Origin: Planctomycetota bacterium
GTDB lineage: Bacteria; Planctomycetota; PLA2; JAEUHO01
Length of the DNA stretch: 64,000 nucleotides
Reading direction: 5' to 3'
Assembly: GCA_050248855.1 (NCBI GenBank)
Contig: JBFWRP010000006.1
Coordinates: 133,514 to 197,513, forward strand
Part shown: positions 8,977-20,334 of the stretch, piece by piece
How positions within the stretch are numbered: the first letter of the stretch is position 1
Layout: every line of letters begins with the position of its first letter
Position numbers and translations under genes: made by a program
The notes under the pieces: model-generated
What the model saw: only the letters and a program-made list of their open reading frames with translations
The model's database searches: none
What the model was told of the DNA's origin: nothing

Positions 8977-10856
8977 GCCGTACGCCCGGGCGGGCGACGC
9001 CTTGCGGGATCGCGTTCGGCCTCCTTGCCCTCGCCCTCCTCGTGCTTCCCGTCCCGGGGCCCGCCCGTGCCGGCCCCCTGGACCTGTTGGAAGGCGACTT
9101 CGAGAAGGCCATCAGCCGCATCACCCCGGCCACCGTCGAGTGCAAGCCCTTCGGGGTTCCGCCCGAGCAGGTGTTGGGCGGGAGCAGCGGCGTCGTCGTG
9201 GGCCGCAAGGGCCTCGTCTTCTCCGACGGCGACGTCGGCAGCTTCCGCAAGGGCAAGCAGGGCGAGAAGCCCGAGGTGGCGTGGTCCGACGATGTCGAGA
9301 TCCGCGTCCCGGACCTGCGCGGCAAGGGGTTCCGCAGTTACCGCGCCACCGTGATCCACCGCAACCGCAAGCTAGACACGTCGCTGCTTCGCGTCGAGGA
9401 CCCGCGGTCGACGGACTTCTCGAGCCCGCTGCTGCCGGGTCGCAGCGACGACCTGCGCGTGGGGGACTTCGCCTTTGCCGCGGGCAACGCGTTCGACTTG
9501 GGCAGCGAGGCACCGCCCACCTTGACGGCGGGCGTGGTGTCCGGACTGACGCCCAGGACGGGCACCTCGGCCTCGGGCCGCTGGGCGGTGTTCCACGTGA
9601 GCGCCGCCGTCAACCCGGGCATGAACGGCGGCCCCGTGTGCGACGCCGAGGGGCGTCTCGTGGGGACCATCAGCAGCTACGTCGGCCCCGGTGATCCCCA
9701 TCAGTACCTGGGCAGGGTCGTGCCGATCGACGTGCTGCGCGCCGAGTACGCCGGCATGCCCGAGGGCAAGGAGATCTTCCCGGATCGCGAGGGACGCGGT
9801 GTGCGCACGCAGCACGCCGCGCGCATGGAGCTCGTCTTCCACGTGCTGGCCCGCCGGGCCGCCGCCCGGGGACTCGTCAGCATCGAGGTCACCCGCAAGG
9901 AGGGGACGTCGCTCGAGCGGGTGGAACCGACCGGTGGGCGCGCCGTGGCCACGGTGCCGGGCTGGAGCGCGGCCGTGTCCGGCATCCTGCTCCCGGACCG
10001 GCGCCACGTGGTGACGTGCCTCTACGACCTCGTGAACATCGCGGAGCTCATCGACCCGGGCGTCGAGGCGATCCTGCCCGAGACCGCCCGCCTGCAGGCG
10101 GGCTGGGACTCCATCACGGCGCTCCACGTGGTGCTGCCTGATGGCGCCGTGGCGCCGGCCAAACTCGTGGGCCGCAGCGAGCGGGACAACCTCGCGCTGC
10201 TCGCGCTCGAGCAGGAGGCGCCGCAGGACGCGGTCGTCGCCGAGCCCACGCCCGAGGACGACCTGGTCGCCGGCCGCTTCGTCGTGGCCGTGGGCTGCCC
10301 CTTCGGCCGTTCGCGGGGCCCGGACCCGTTGCTCACGATCGGCTTGATCAGCAAGCGGCATGCGTGGGGCTCGACGGACGCGTGGGCGGGGCACTTCCAG
10401 ACCGACGCCGGCATCACGGACGGCAACGCCGGCGGTCTTGCCGTCGACCTGGAGGGGCGCTGGATCGGCATGCTGTCGCTCTGGTCGCCCCTCCGCCACG
10501 GGCGCAACAGCGGCATCGGGTTCATCCTGCCCGCGGCCCGGGTGCTCGACGTGGCCCAGGCCGTCTTGGCGGGACGCAAGCCGCCCTTCCTCGGCGTCAG
10601 CTGGGGCTACGACGCCGAGCGCAAGGGCATGCTCGTCAGCGAGATCGTGGCCGATGGGCCGTCGGCCAAGGCCGGCGTCCAGAAGGACGACGTCATCGTG
10701 CGCATCGCGGGCGAGGACGTGACCTCCCAAGAGGTCGCGTTCGGTGCCGTGCGTACGCGGTGGTCGGGCGACGTCGTCGAGCTGGGCGTGATCCGCGGCA
10801 AGAACAGCACGCCCATCCCCCTGGCCGTCACGCTCGGCGAGCGCCCGGCACGGTAG
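8973..10856 (+). CDS. Exported protein with two degenerate trypsin-like domains plus PDZ
   Basis: NPGMNGGP and TDGNAGGL in place of GNSGG; PDZ (PFLGV...GPSAKAGV); GTGA overlap with the upstream gene. Confidence 0.85.
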   Translation: MSRTPGRATPCGIAFGLLALALLVLPVPGPARAGPLDLLEGDFEKAISRITPATVECKPFGVPPEQVLGGSSGVVVGRKGLVFSDGDVGSFRKGKQGEKPEVAWSDDVEIRVPDLRGKGFRSYRATVIHRNRKLDTSLLRVEDPRSTDFSSPLLPGRSDDLRVGDFAFAAGNAFDLGSEAPPTLTAGVVSGLTPRTGTSASGRWAVFHVSAAVNPGMNGGPVCDAEGRLVGTISSYVGPGDPHQYLGRVVPIDVLRAEYAGMPEGKEIFPDREGRGVRTQHAARMELVFHVLARRAAARGLVSIEVTRKEGTSLERVEPTGGRAVATVPGWSAAVSGILLPDRRHVVTCLYDLVNIAELIDPGVEAILPETARLQAGWDSITALHVVLPDGAVAPAKLVGRSERDNLALLALEQEAPQDAVVAEPTPEDDLVAGRFVVAVGCPFGRSRGPDPLLTIGLISKRHAWGSTDAWAGHFQTDAGITDGNAGGLAVDLEGRWIGMLSLWSPLRHGRNSGIGFILPAARVLDVAQAVLAGRKPPFLGVSWGYDAERKGMLVSEIVADGPSAKAGVQKDDVIVRIAGEDVTSQEVAFGAVRTRWSGDVVELGVIRGKNSTPIPLAVTLGERPAR

Positions 10857-10860
10857 GTCG

Positions 10861-11838
10861 TCAGAGACGGACTTCGATGGTGTCGCGGTCCTCGGCGACG
10901 TGGATCGTGTCCACGAACCGCACGCGGCGCGGCGGCTCCAAGCCCATGACGATGCTGTGCGTGCGGACGCCGGCGCCGAACTGGGTGACGCCGCGCAGCA
11001 GCTCGCCGTCCGTGACGCCCGTGGCGGCAAAGACGAGGCGCTTGCCCGGCGCCAGCGTCTCGGCCGTGTGCAGCTGGTCGAAGTTCGCCACGCCCATCTT
11101 GGAGGCGCGCAGGCGGTCGCCGTCCTTGAACTCGACGAGTCGACCGTGCATCTCGCCGCCCAGGCAGCGGATTGCCGTGGCGGCGAGCACGCCCTCCGGC
11201 GCGCCGCCCACGCCCATGACGGCGTGGACGGCGGTTCCCGTGACGCACGCGCTGATGGCGGGCTGCAGGTCACCGTCGGTGATGAGATGGATGCGCGCGC
11301 CCGCCTTGCGGATCTGGGCGATCAGCTCTTCATGGCGCGGCCGCTCGAGCACCACGACGGTGACGTCGGCGACGTCGCGGTCGAGCGCATCGGCGATGCC
11401 CTTCAGGTTCTCCTCGACCGGTGCATCCAGGTCGATGCGGCCGCGGCAGCGCGGTCCGACGATCAGCTTCCTCATGTAGCAGTCGGGGGCGTTCAGCAGG
11501 CCGCCTTCCTCGCCCGCAGCCAGGACCGCCATTGCGCCATGCGCACCCGTGGCACACAGGTTGGTCCCTTCGAGCGGGTCCACCGCGATGTCCACCCGCG
11601 GGGACTGCTGCTGCCAGTGCCCGACCTCTTCGCCGATGTAGAGCATCGGCGCCTCGTCGCGCTCGCCTTCGCCGATCACGATCTTGCCCCGCATGGGCAC
11701 GGCACTCATGGTCCGCCGCATGGCCTCCGTCGCGACACGGTCGCTCAGGTGGCGGTCGCCTTGGCCCGTCGTCCGGGCGGCGGCGATGGCGGCGGCCTCG
11801 ACCACGCGCAGGAAGCGGCTGGCGATCTCGGTGGGCAT
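10861..11838 (-). CDS. glpX: Class II fructose-1,6-bisphosphatase
   Basis: [35 protein letters not shown] and FAATGVTDG. Confidence 0.95.
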   Translation of the reverse strand: MPTEIASRFLRVVEAAAIAAARTTGQGDRHLSDRVATEAMRRTMSAVPMRGKIVIGEGERDEAPMLYIGEEVGHWQQQSPRVDIAVDPLEGTNLCATGAHGAMAVLAAGEEGGLLNAPDCYMRKLIVGPRCRGRIDLDAPVEENLKGIADALDRDVADVTVVVLERPRHEELIAQIRKAGARIHLITDGDLQPAISACVTGTAVHAVMGVGGAPEGVLAATAIRCLGGEMHGRLVEFKDGDRLRASKMGVANFDQLHTAETLAPGKRLVFAATGVTDGELLRGVTQFGAGVRTHSIVMGLEPPRRVRFVDTIHVAEDRDTIEVRL

Positions 11839-12193
11839 GGAGCGTCCTCCCAGGGCGCGGCTCCCCCCGCGCGGCGCCGCCCCGAAGGCGACCAGCGGGA
11901 AGGTACGGCGTGGCGCAAGCCCTGCCACCTTGGCCCACCCCGCATGGGCGACCCGGCCGCCCGGGATCGGCTCGGCGCGCCCGCCGCGGCCGGGTATCCA
12001 TCACCGGTTCCATCCCCACCAGGCGGGCAAGGCCGAGGGAGTCCCCTCCGCGCTAGCTTCCGGTGCGCTGCCGCGCGGACCGCACCTCTTGGGGGGTGAC
12101 GGCCCGCGAGCCGCCCGCCGGAGTGCGCCGGAGTCCCTTGGCCGCGTCCGCCGACGCCCACCCCGCCGCACCCTCCGCGGCGACGGAGGTCCG

Positions 12194-14467
<2,274 letters not shown>

Positions 14468-14528
14468 CGCGCGAAGGCGCGCGGCCCGCGGCGGCGCCGC
14501 GCTGCGGCAAGGAGCCCGGCACCGCCGC

Positions 14529-15566
14529 CTACGGCGGATCGAGATCAGGCGGCAAGCGCCGCGCGATGCGCTGCGTGCGCGGGCACGGGCCATGGTCCTG
14601 GCGCAGGCGCAGCAGGCGGGCGGCCAGCTCGGGTCGTCCGACATCGAGGGCGAGGTCCGCGAGATCCAGCAGCGCCGAAGGCAACCGGTGCGTCTCGCCT
14701 TCACGGCTGGGCATGGCCCGTCGTACGGCCGCCGAGAGCAGCTCGAAGGCGTCGGCGCGGTCGCGCGGTGCCCCGACGCTGCCGAGTCCGAGCGAGACGT
14801 GCGCCGCCCGTTGGAGCCACGCGGCAAACGACCCGTCGTCGGCGGGCAGGTCCCTCGCCGCGGCCAGGGCATGCTCCGCCGCAGCGCGGGCCCAGCGCAC
14901 ACGCCGGACCTGTCGCGTTCGGTCCGTGGGCGCCGACGCAATCTCCTTCTCGGCGTCCTCCACCAGCCAACAGGCCACGAGGGCGTGGTGCTTGGCCGAC
15001 GGGCGTACGAGCAGGTATGGCCCAGCGGCGCGCGCGTACGCGGGCAGACCTTCGGCGTTCGCCGGCGTCTTCTTGCCGCGCAGCAGCGTGACGGCGTTGA
15101 GGAACCCCTCGTCCAGGTAGGGGGCCTCGAAGCCGGCGCGCGCCGCGCGCGCCATCATGGCGATCGAGTCCTCGAGCCGATCCGCCTGCCGTAGGCACTC
15201 GGCGAGGTACGCGGCCGTGAGGGCGTCGGACGGATCGTCCGCGAGCGCACGCTCGAGCAGCGGGATGCCTTCCGCACCGCGGTTGGCCCGCAGGTAGCCC
15301 CAGCCGCGGCGCTGCAGCACGAGGGGGTGGTCCGCGCGCCCATCGGGCACCGTGCCCAGCCAGTCGGCGAAGGCTCCCTCGTCGGCGAAGTCCGCCGACG
15401 GACCGATCCGCTCCTGCAGCTTGTCGAGCGCACGCCCCACGTCCTCGGGGCGGTGGGCTTCGAGCAGCCTGCGGCGCAGGTCCGGTAGCGTCTCCTTGGC
15501 GTGGGCGACGGGTGCGAAGGCCAACGCCAGGGCGGCGGTCACCACGAGGCGCAACGCGGCGCTCAT
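14529..15566 (-). CDS. Exported TPR-repeat protein
   Basis: Signal peptide; TPR-like RGWGYLR...LERALADDP. Confidence 0.7.
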   Translation of the reverse strand: MSAALRLVVTAALALAFAPVAHAKETLPDLRRRLLEAHRPEDVGRALDKLQERIGPSADFADEGAFADWLGTVPDGRADHPLVLQRRGWGYLRANRGAEGIPLLERALADDPSDALTAAYLAECLRQADRLEDSIAMMARAARAGFEAPYLDEGFLNAVTLLRGKKTPANAEGLPAYARAAGPYLLVRPSAKHHALVACWLVEDAEKEIASAPTDRTRQVRRVRWARAAAEHALAAARDLPADDGSFAAWLQRAAHVSLGLGSVGAPRDRADAFELLSAAVRRAMPSREGETHRLPSALLDLADLALDVGRPELAARLLRLRQDHGPCPRTQRIARRLPPDLDPP

Positions 15567-17041
15567 CGCGGGCCCTCCACGCGCACGGCCCGCTCGACCG
15601 CCTCGCGCCAGGCGTGCAGGCTGGTTCCCGGGTCCTCGCCCAGGAGGCCCACGGCCAGCTCGCGCACGTCGGGGCCCTCCACGGGATCCACGATGGCCGC
15701 AAGCAGCGCCTGCACGACGGGCTCCGGGTCGGTCGGGGTGCGGGAGCCCACCAGCGCCAGGGCCGCCCGCGCCCGCAGGAACAGCCACGGAGCCTTCGCA
15801 ACGACGTCCTCGATGACCGCCTGCCTCGCGCGAACGGTCGCGTCCGGCATGCGCTCCAAGGCGTGCGCGAGGTCGAGGGGATCGTCGGCATCGAAGGCGG
15901 CGACATCCGCCGGCGCGTTCGTGGCAAGGCCCCCGATGCGCCGGGCCCGTGCGATGCGCGCGCGGCCCGCGTCGTCCAGCCCGGGCGCGTCTGCGAGCCC
16001 GCGCCTGTCACCCGCGAGCGCCAACGCCTCGATCGCGGCGGCGCGCGACTTGCCCTCCAAGCGCTCCAGCGGCGTCCGGTCCACGGGCAACGGGCCGGAC
16101 CATGTCTCGAGCACGCGCGTACGCGTCTCCTCGTCGCTGCTGCGTGCAAGGGCGCGCGCGGCAGCGACCGCGCCGCGCTCCGGATCGACGTGCAGCAAGG
16201 CCTCGACCCACGCCAGGGTCACCTCGGGCTCGTCGTCCGGCGCGAACACCGCATCCAGCGACGCCCACTCCATCACCGCGGCCTGCGAGGGTCGGGCCGC
16301 GACCAGCTGGCGGACCAGCCGTGCCCGCTCGTTGGCATCGCGTACGTCGTCGAGCACGCCGAGGATGCCGCCCACCGCCAATCCGTCCGTGGAGAGCGCC
16401 CAGTCGCGCACGGCCGAAGCGCGCTCGGGCGCCTCGAGGGCCAGCAGCTGACGCACCTTGTCCTCGCGCTGCAGCGAGGCTTGGCTGTAGGCCACCGCAG
16501 GCGCGATCCGGGACAACCAGGCCTCCAGGAGTGCGGGGCCGACCTCCCCGGTGAAGTACGGCTTGCGGTAGGCGAGCGTGCCGTCGGGCTCGACGATCAC
16601 GTGCTGCGGGCTGATCGCTTCCTCCACGTAGCGCTCGACCACGTGGCGAAACGCGGCTTGGCACGTGCTGCTGGGCGTGCCGGGGAAGCGTGCGTTGGTC
16701 CCGTCGGCCCGCATGTGGTCGCCGGGGCTGCACGCGAAGCACACGTAACCGCGCGTGGCATCGCCCCAGGCGCGGCTGCGGTAGAGCTGGAACGCGAGCT
16801 GGTTGTTGGCCGACTCCTCGTCCAGCGCGTTGATGGCGAACAGGATCGGCCGCCCCTCCCGTCGGGCCCGTTCGAGGCCCGCGACGAGGTCCGACTCCCA
16901 GCGGATGCCTGCGTCCTCGGCGCCCTCGGCGCCAGCCCGCGACGGGGGGGGCGATCCCAGGCCCACGAGCAGCGCGACGGCTGCCAGGGCCCAAGGGGGG
17001 ATGCGGCCCGCGGCGCGTTGGCGGGGGGATGTCGACGGCAT
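15563..17041 (-). CDS. Exported thioredoxin-like fold plus HEAT-repeat protein
   Basis: IRWESDL..GLERARREGRPIL pattern without CxxC; RBS GGAG. Confidence 0.65.
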   Translation of the reverse strand: MPSTSPRQRAAGRIPPWALAAVALLVGLGSPPPSRAGAEGAEDAGIRWESDLVAGLERARREGRPILFAINALDEESANNQLAFQLYRSRAWGDATRGYVCFACSPGDHMRADGTNARFPGTPSSTCQAAFRHVVERYVEEAISPQHVIVEPDGTLAYRKPYFTGEVGPALLEAWLSRIAPAVAYSQASLQREDKVRQLLALEAPERASAVRDWALSTDGLAVGGILGVLDDVRDANERARLVRQLVAARPSQAAVMEWASLDAVFAPDDEPEVTLAWVEALLHVDPERGAVAAARALARSSDEETRTRVLETWSGPLPVDRTPLERLEGKSRAAAIEALALAGDRRGLADAPGLDDAGRARIARARRIGGLATNAPADVAAFDADDPLDLAHALERMPDATVRARQAVIEDVVAKAPWLFLRARAALALVGSRTPTDPEPVVQALLAAIVDPVEGPDVRELAVGLLGEDPGTSLHAWREAVERAVRVEGPR

Positions 17042-17436
17042 GGGCGGCTCCAGGCGAGGGCGCATCCTAGCGGGTGCGGGCGGCCTGCCAGGAAGGACAA
17101 ACAACCTGCTTACAGGGGATCGCGAGCACCGGAACCTTCCGTTCTCGTGAAGTCGCGGTGACGATCAGCCGCTCCAATACGGAAGGTGTCGCCTCGGGTC
17201 GCAAGGCCCGTCGCGATGGGGGCAGGACTACCGCGGGGAGCGCGGTGGCCCTGCGCCGTGGGCACCGCCCCTGGGGGGGCAGTGCCGTGAACGGACAGGG
17301 GTGTCCGATCCGGAGGGCGCCACGCCGACCAGCTTCCCGGCAGGGCAGCGCGTCGGCGTTCGCGAAGCAGGTTGGGCCATCCGCGGTGGCGCGTCGCTTC
17401 GAGCGGCGGCACGCGCGGATTGCGGGAGCAGGGACG

Positions 17437-17964
17437 ATGCGTACGTACGTGACCCTCGCGGTCCTCACGGCCGTCGGCGTGGCGGGGCTGGCCAGCAGTG
17501 GCTGTGCGGTCCGCCGCTCGACGAGCCCGCGCGCTGTGCAGGTTGCGGGTGTCCGGGGCATGCGCGCGGACTACCGCGCACCCGCCCCGGAGACGGTGCT
17601 GGGTGCCGTGGACGAGTCGCGCTGGATCGACGTGACCGGCCGCACCGCCAACGAACTTGCGACTCCGGGCATGGCCTCCGCGGTCGCGCCCGCGGTCGTG
17701 ATGCCGGCTGCGGCCGTGGCGACGCCCGCCGTCGTCGCGCCGGCCGAGGGTGGTGACACGGACCTCGACCTGCTCGGTGCGCCACCCGCGCTGGCGCCCG
17801 TCCCGAGCGGCTCCACGAGCGAGGGCCTCGACATGGAGGCCCTGTGCCCCGGTGGCAAGTGCCTCGTGCCGCCGGTCCCGGGACAAGGCCCCGGCAGCAA
17901 CATGTGCGTCGGCGGCAACTGTGCCGTCCCGCCGCCCCTTCCGCTCGAGAACGCCGACGCCTGA
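17437..17964 (+). CDS. Hypothetical lipoprotein with two C-terminal CxGGxC motifs
   Basis: Lipobox-like LASSGC; LCPGGKC and MCVGGNC. Confidence 0.65.
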   Translation: MRTYVTLAVLTAVGVAGLASSGCAVRRSTSPRAVQVAGVRGMRADYRAPAPETVLGAVDESRWIDVTGRTANELATPGMASAVAPAVVMPAAAVATPAVVAPAEGGDTDLDLLGAPPALAPVPSGSTSEGLDMEALCPGGKCLVPPVPGQGPGSNMCVGGNCAVPPPLPLENADA

Positions 17965-18028
17965 GCCGCGCCGCCGTGCGAACCGGCCCTCGCGCGCACG
18001 TTCGCGTGGGGCACGGACTTCGCGCGAC

Positions 18029-19495
18029 GTGCGATCGTCGGACGATGCGGTCGTGGCCGGCTGGCTGTCCGGCCTCGACCTGCCGCACCTGCGTCGCAAG
18101 CTGCTGACCTGGTACGCGCGCCACCAGCGCGACCTACCGTGGCGCCGCACGCGGGACCCGTACGCGATCTGGGTCTCCGAGGTGATGCTGCAGCAGACGC
18201 GCGTGGAGACCGTGCGCGAGCGCTGGCCGCTGTTCCTCGCGCGCTTCCCCGACGTGGGATCGCTGGCCCGCGCGCGTGAGCAGAGCGTCCTCAAGGCCTG
18301 GGAGGGGCTCGGCTACTACCGCCGGGCGCGCGCACTTCGCGCCGCCGCGAGGGCGGTCGCCGCCGAGCACGGCGGTGCGCTGCCACGCACGTACGACGAG
18401 CTGCTCGCGCTACCGGGCTTCGGTCCCTACACGGCGGCTGCGGTCGCGAGCATCGCGCACGAGCGTCCGCACGCGGTCGTGGATGGCAACGTGGCGCGCG
18501 TCCTCGCGCGCCTCCTGGCGCTCGACGACGACCCGCGCACGAGCGCCGGGAAGCGCCGCTGGCAGCTGGTGGCCGATGCGCTGATGGCCCGGCGGCGGCC
18601 TGGTGACTGGAACCAGGCAGTGATGGAGCTCGGCGCCACGGTCTGCGTGCCGCGCACGCCGCGCTGCGACCTGTGCCCCTGGGGTCGCGTCTGCCGCGGG
18701 CGCCACATGGGCGACCCCGAGCGCTACCCGCGACGGGCCGCGCGGCGGGAGATCCCACACCACGACATCGCGGCCGGCCTGGTGTGGCGGAAGGGCGAGC
18801 TCCTGATCGCGCGCCGTCCCTCGGAAGGCCTGCTCGGCGGACTCTGGGAGTTCCCCGGCGGCAAGCGCCAACCCGGCGAGTCCCTGGAGGAAGCCGTCGT
18901 TCGCGAGCTCCGCGAGGAGACCGGACTCCGCGTGCGCGTCGAGGCCCCGTTCGTGTCGATCGACCATGCCTATTCCCACTTCCGGATCACGCTGCACCTC
19001 TTCCACTGCCGCGTGGTGGGGGGGCGGGCCGCGCCGAAGGCCAGCGAGGAGCTGCGCTGGATCGTGCCCAGCGATTTGGACCGGCACCCCTTCCCGCGCG
19101 CGAACCGCAAGGCCATCGACCAGCTGCTTGTCGAGGGCCCTCCGCGCTGGGCTGGCCAACGGGTGCCCCCCGGCGCGGTCGATCCACTACACTCCGGCGC
19201 CGACGCCTTGCGGCGCGCCCCAGGAGACGAGATGGCCGAGTCCCGCACCCTCGAGATCGACATTCCCGAAGGCGCCGACGTGCGGCGCCTGCTGGCGGCT
19301 GCGAAGGCCAAGGCCGCCGGTGTCGGCATCACGCTCGACGGCGATGCCGACCAGGGCCGCTTCGAAGGCATCGCCGCCGGCTCCTGGGCCGTGAGCGACG
19401 GCAAGCTGGTCGTGACCGTCGAGAAGAAGCCGGCCTTCGCGCCCTGGCCCATGGTGATGTCGCAGCTGGAGAAGGCGTTCCGCCAAGGAATCTGA
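18029..19495 (+). CDS. mutY: A/G-specific adenine glycosylase with Nudix domain; ORF continues in frame into a small downstream protein
   Basis: WVSEVMLQQT, LGYYRRA, LPGFGPYTA, VDGNVARV, CxPxxPxCxxCP Fe-S motif and a full Nudix box. Confidence 0.9.
   Translation: MRSSDDAVVAGWLSGLDLPHLRRKLLTWYARHQRDLPWRRTRDPYAIWVSEVMLQQTRVETVRERWPLFLARFPDVGSLARAREQSVLKAWEGLGYYRRARALRAAARAVAAEHGGALPRTYDELLALPGFGPYTAAAVASIAHERPHAVVDGNVARVLARLLALDDDPRTSAGKRRWQLVADALMARRRPGDWNQAVMELGATVCVPRTPRCDLCPWGRVCRGRHMGDPERYPRRAARREIPHHDIAAGLVWRKGELLIARRPSEGLLGGLWEFPGGKRQPGESLEEAVVRELREETGLRVRVEAPFVSIDHAYSHFRITLHLFHCRVVGGRAAPKASEELRWIVPSDLDRHPFPRANRKAIDQLLVEGPPRWAGQRVPPGAVDPLHSGADALRRAPGDEMAESRTLEIDIPEGADVRRLLAAAKAKAAGVGITLDGDADQGRFEGIAAGSWAVSDGKLVVTVEKKPAFAPWPMVMSQLEKAFRQGI
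19232..19495 (+). CDS. Small hypothetical protein with its own RBS, in frame with mutY
   Basis: CAGGAG 6 nt upstream of ATG; compact 87-aa sequence. Confidence 0.6.
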   Translation: MAESRTLEIDIPEGADVRRLLAAAKAKAAGVGITLDGDADQGRFEGIAAGSWAVSDGKLVVTVEKKPAFAPWPMVMSQLEKAFRQGI

Positions 19496-19602
19496 CTGCA
19501 CGCAGGGAGCTGCACCCGTGCCTGCGAACGAGGCGACCGTCGCGCGGGGTCGCATGCCGACGTGCGGCGCCGCGCGCCAGCGATCCATGCAGCAGCCCGC
19601 GG

Positions 19603-19878
19603 CTACTTCCCCAACCGTTCGGCCTTGCGCTCCAGACGACGGATCTCGGCGTCGGCCTCGTCCTCGCGGGGCGGGCCGGCGCTGGCCTTGCCCTCGGCGC
19701 GAGCACGCTCCTCGGCCTCCGTGGCTACGTGGTCGGCCAAGATCTCGACGACGCGCGCGAGGATGGCGTTGGAGCGGAAGAGGTAGCGGAACGTGACGCC
19801 CATGCCGCCCCGGCGTAGGTCGTTGCGGACCTCCCGGGTCAGGTTGGCGAGCCGGCGCAGGGATTCGGGACTGGGCAT
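19603..19878 (-). CDS. Hypothetical protein
   Basis: Plausible composition; co-oriented with upstream HEAT genes. Confidence 0.55.
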   Translation of the reverse strand: MPSPESLRRLANLTREVRNDLRRGGMGVTFRYLFRSNAILARVVEILADHVATEAEERARAEGKASAGPPREDEADAEIRRLERKAERLGK

Positions 19879-19887
19879 TGCACCAGT

Positions 19888-20334
19888 CTAGCCCCCTGCC
19901 CCCCCGTAGGGCCGCGCACGGGCGAGCGCCCGGCGGGCCGCGGCGCGGGCCGCTCGGCCCCTCGGGTCGTCGTCGTTCGCAAGGCGCAGGAGGGCCTGCA
20001 GGACGACCGTGGAGGCGGAGCCCGTCGCCTCCACGACGCGCTCCACGGCCGTCGCGGCCCAGAAGCGCACGGGTACGACCCGGTCGTCCAGGGCCGCGGC
20101 GAGCGCATCGAGGTGCTCGTGCGCGTGCGCGCCGTGGCGACCCAAGGCGTCAAGCGACATGGAACGGACCATGGGATCCGGGTCGTCGGTCCCGCGCGCC
20201 AAGGCCGCAAGGACGTGGGCCGGCGGGTCGATCATGTGGCCGAACAGCTTGGCAGCGCGCGCCCGCACCACGGGGTCCTCGTGCTCGAGCGCGGTCAGCA
20301 GCTCGTCGACATCGCGGACGCCCTCAGCGTCCAT
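19888..20334 (-). CDS. HEAT-repeat protein
   Basis: DPVVRARAA, DPMVRSMSLDALG and VPVRFWAA repeats. Confidence 0.75.
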   Translation of the reverse strand: MDAEGVRDVDELLTALEHEDPVVRARAAKLFGHMIDPPAHVLAALARGTDDPDPMVRSMSLDALGRHGAHAHEHLDALAAALDDRVVPVRFWAATAVERVVEATGSASTVVLQALLRLANDDDPRGRAARAAARRALARARPYGGAGG

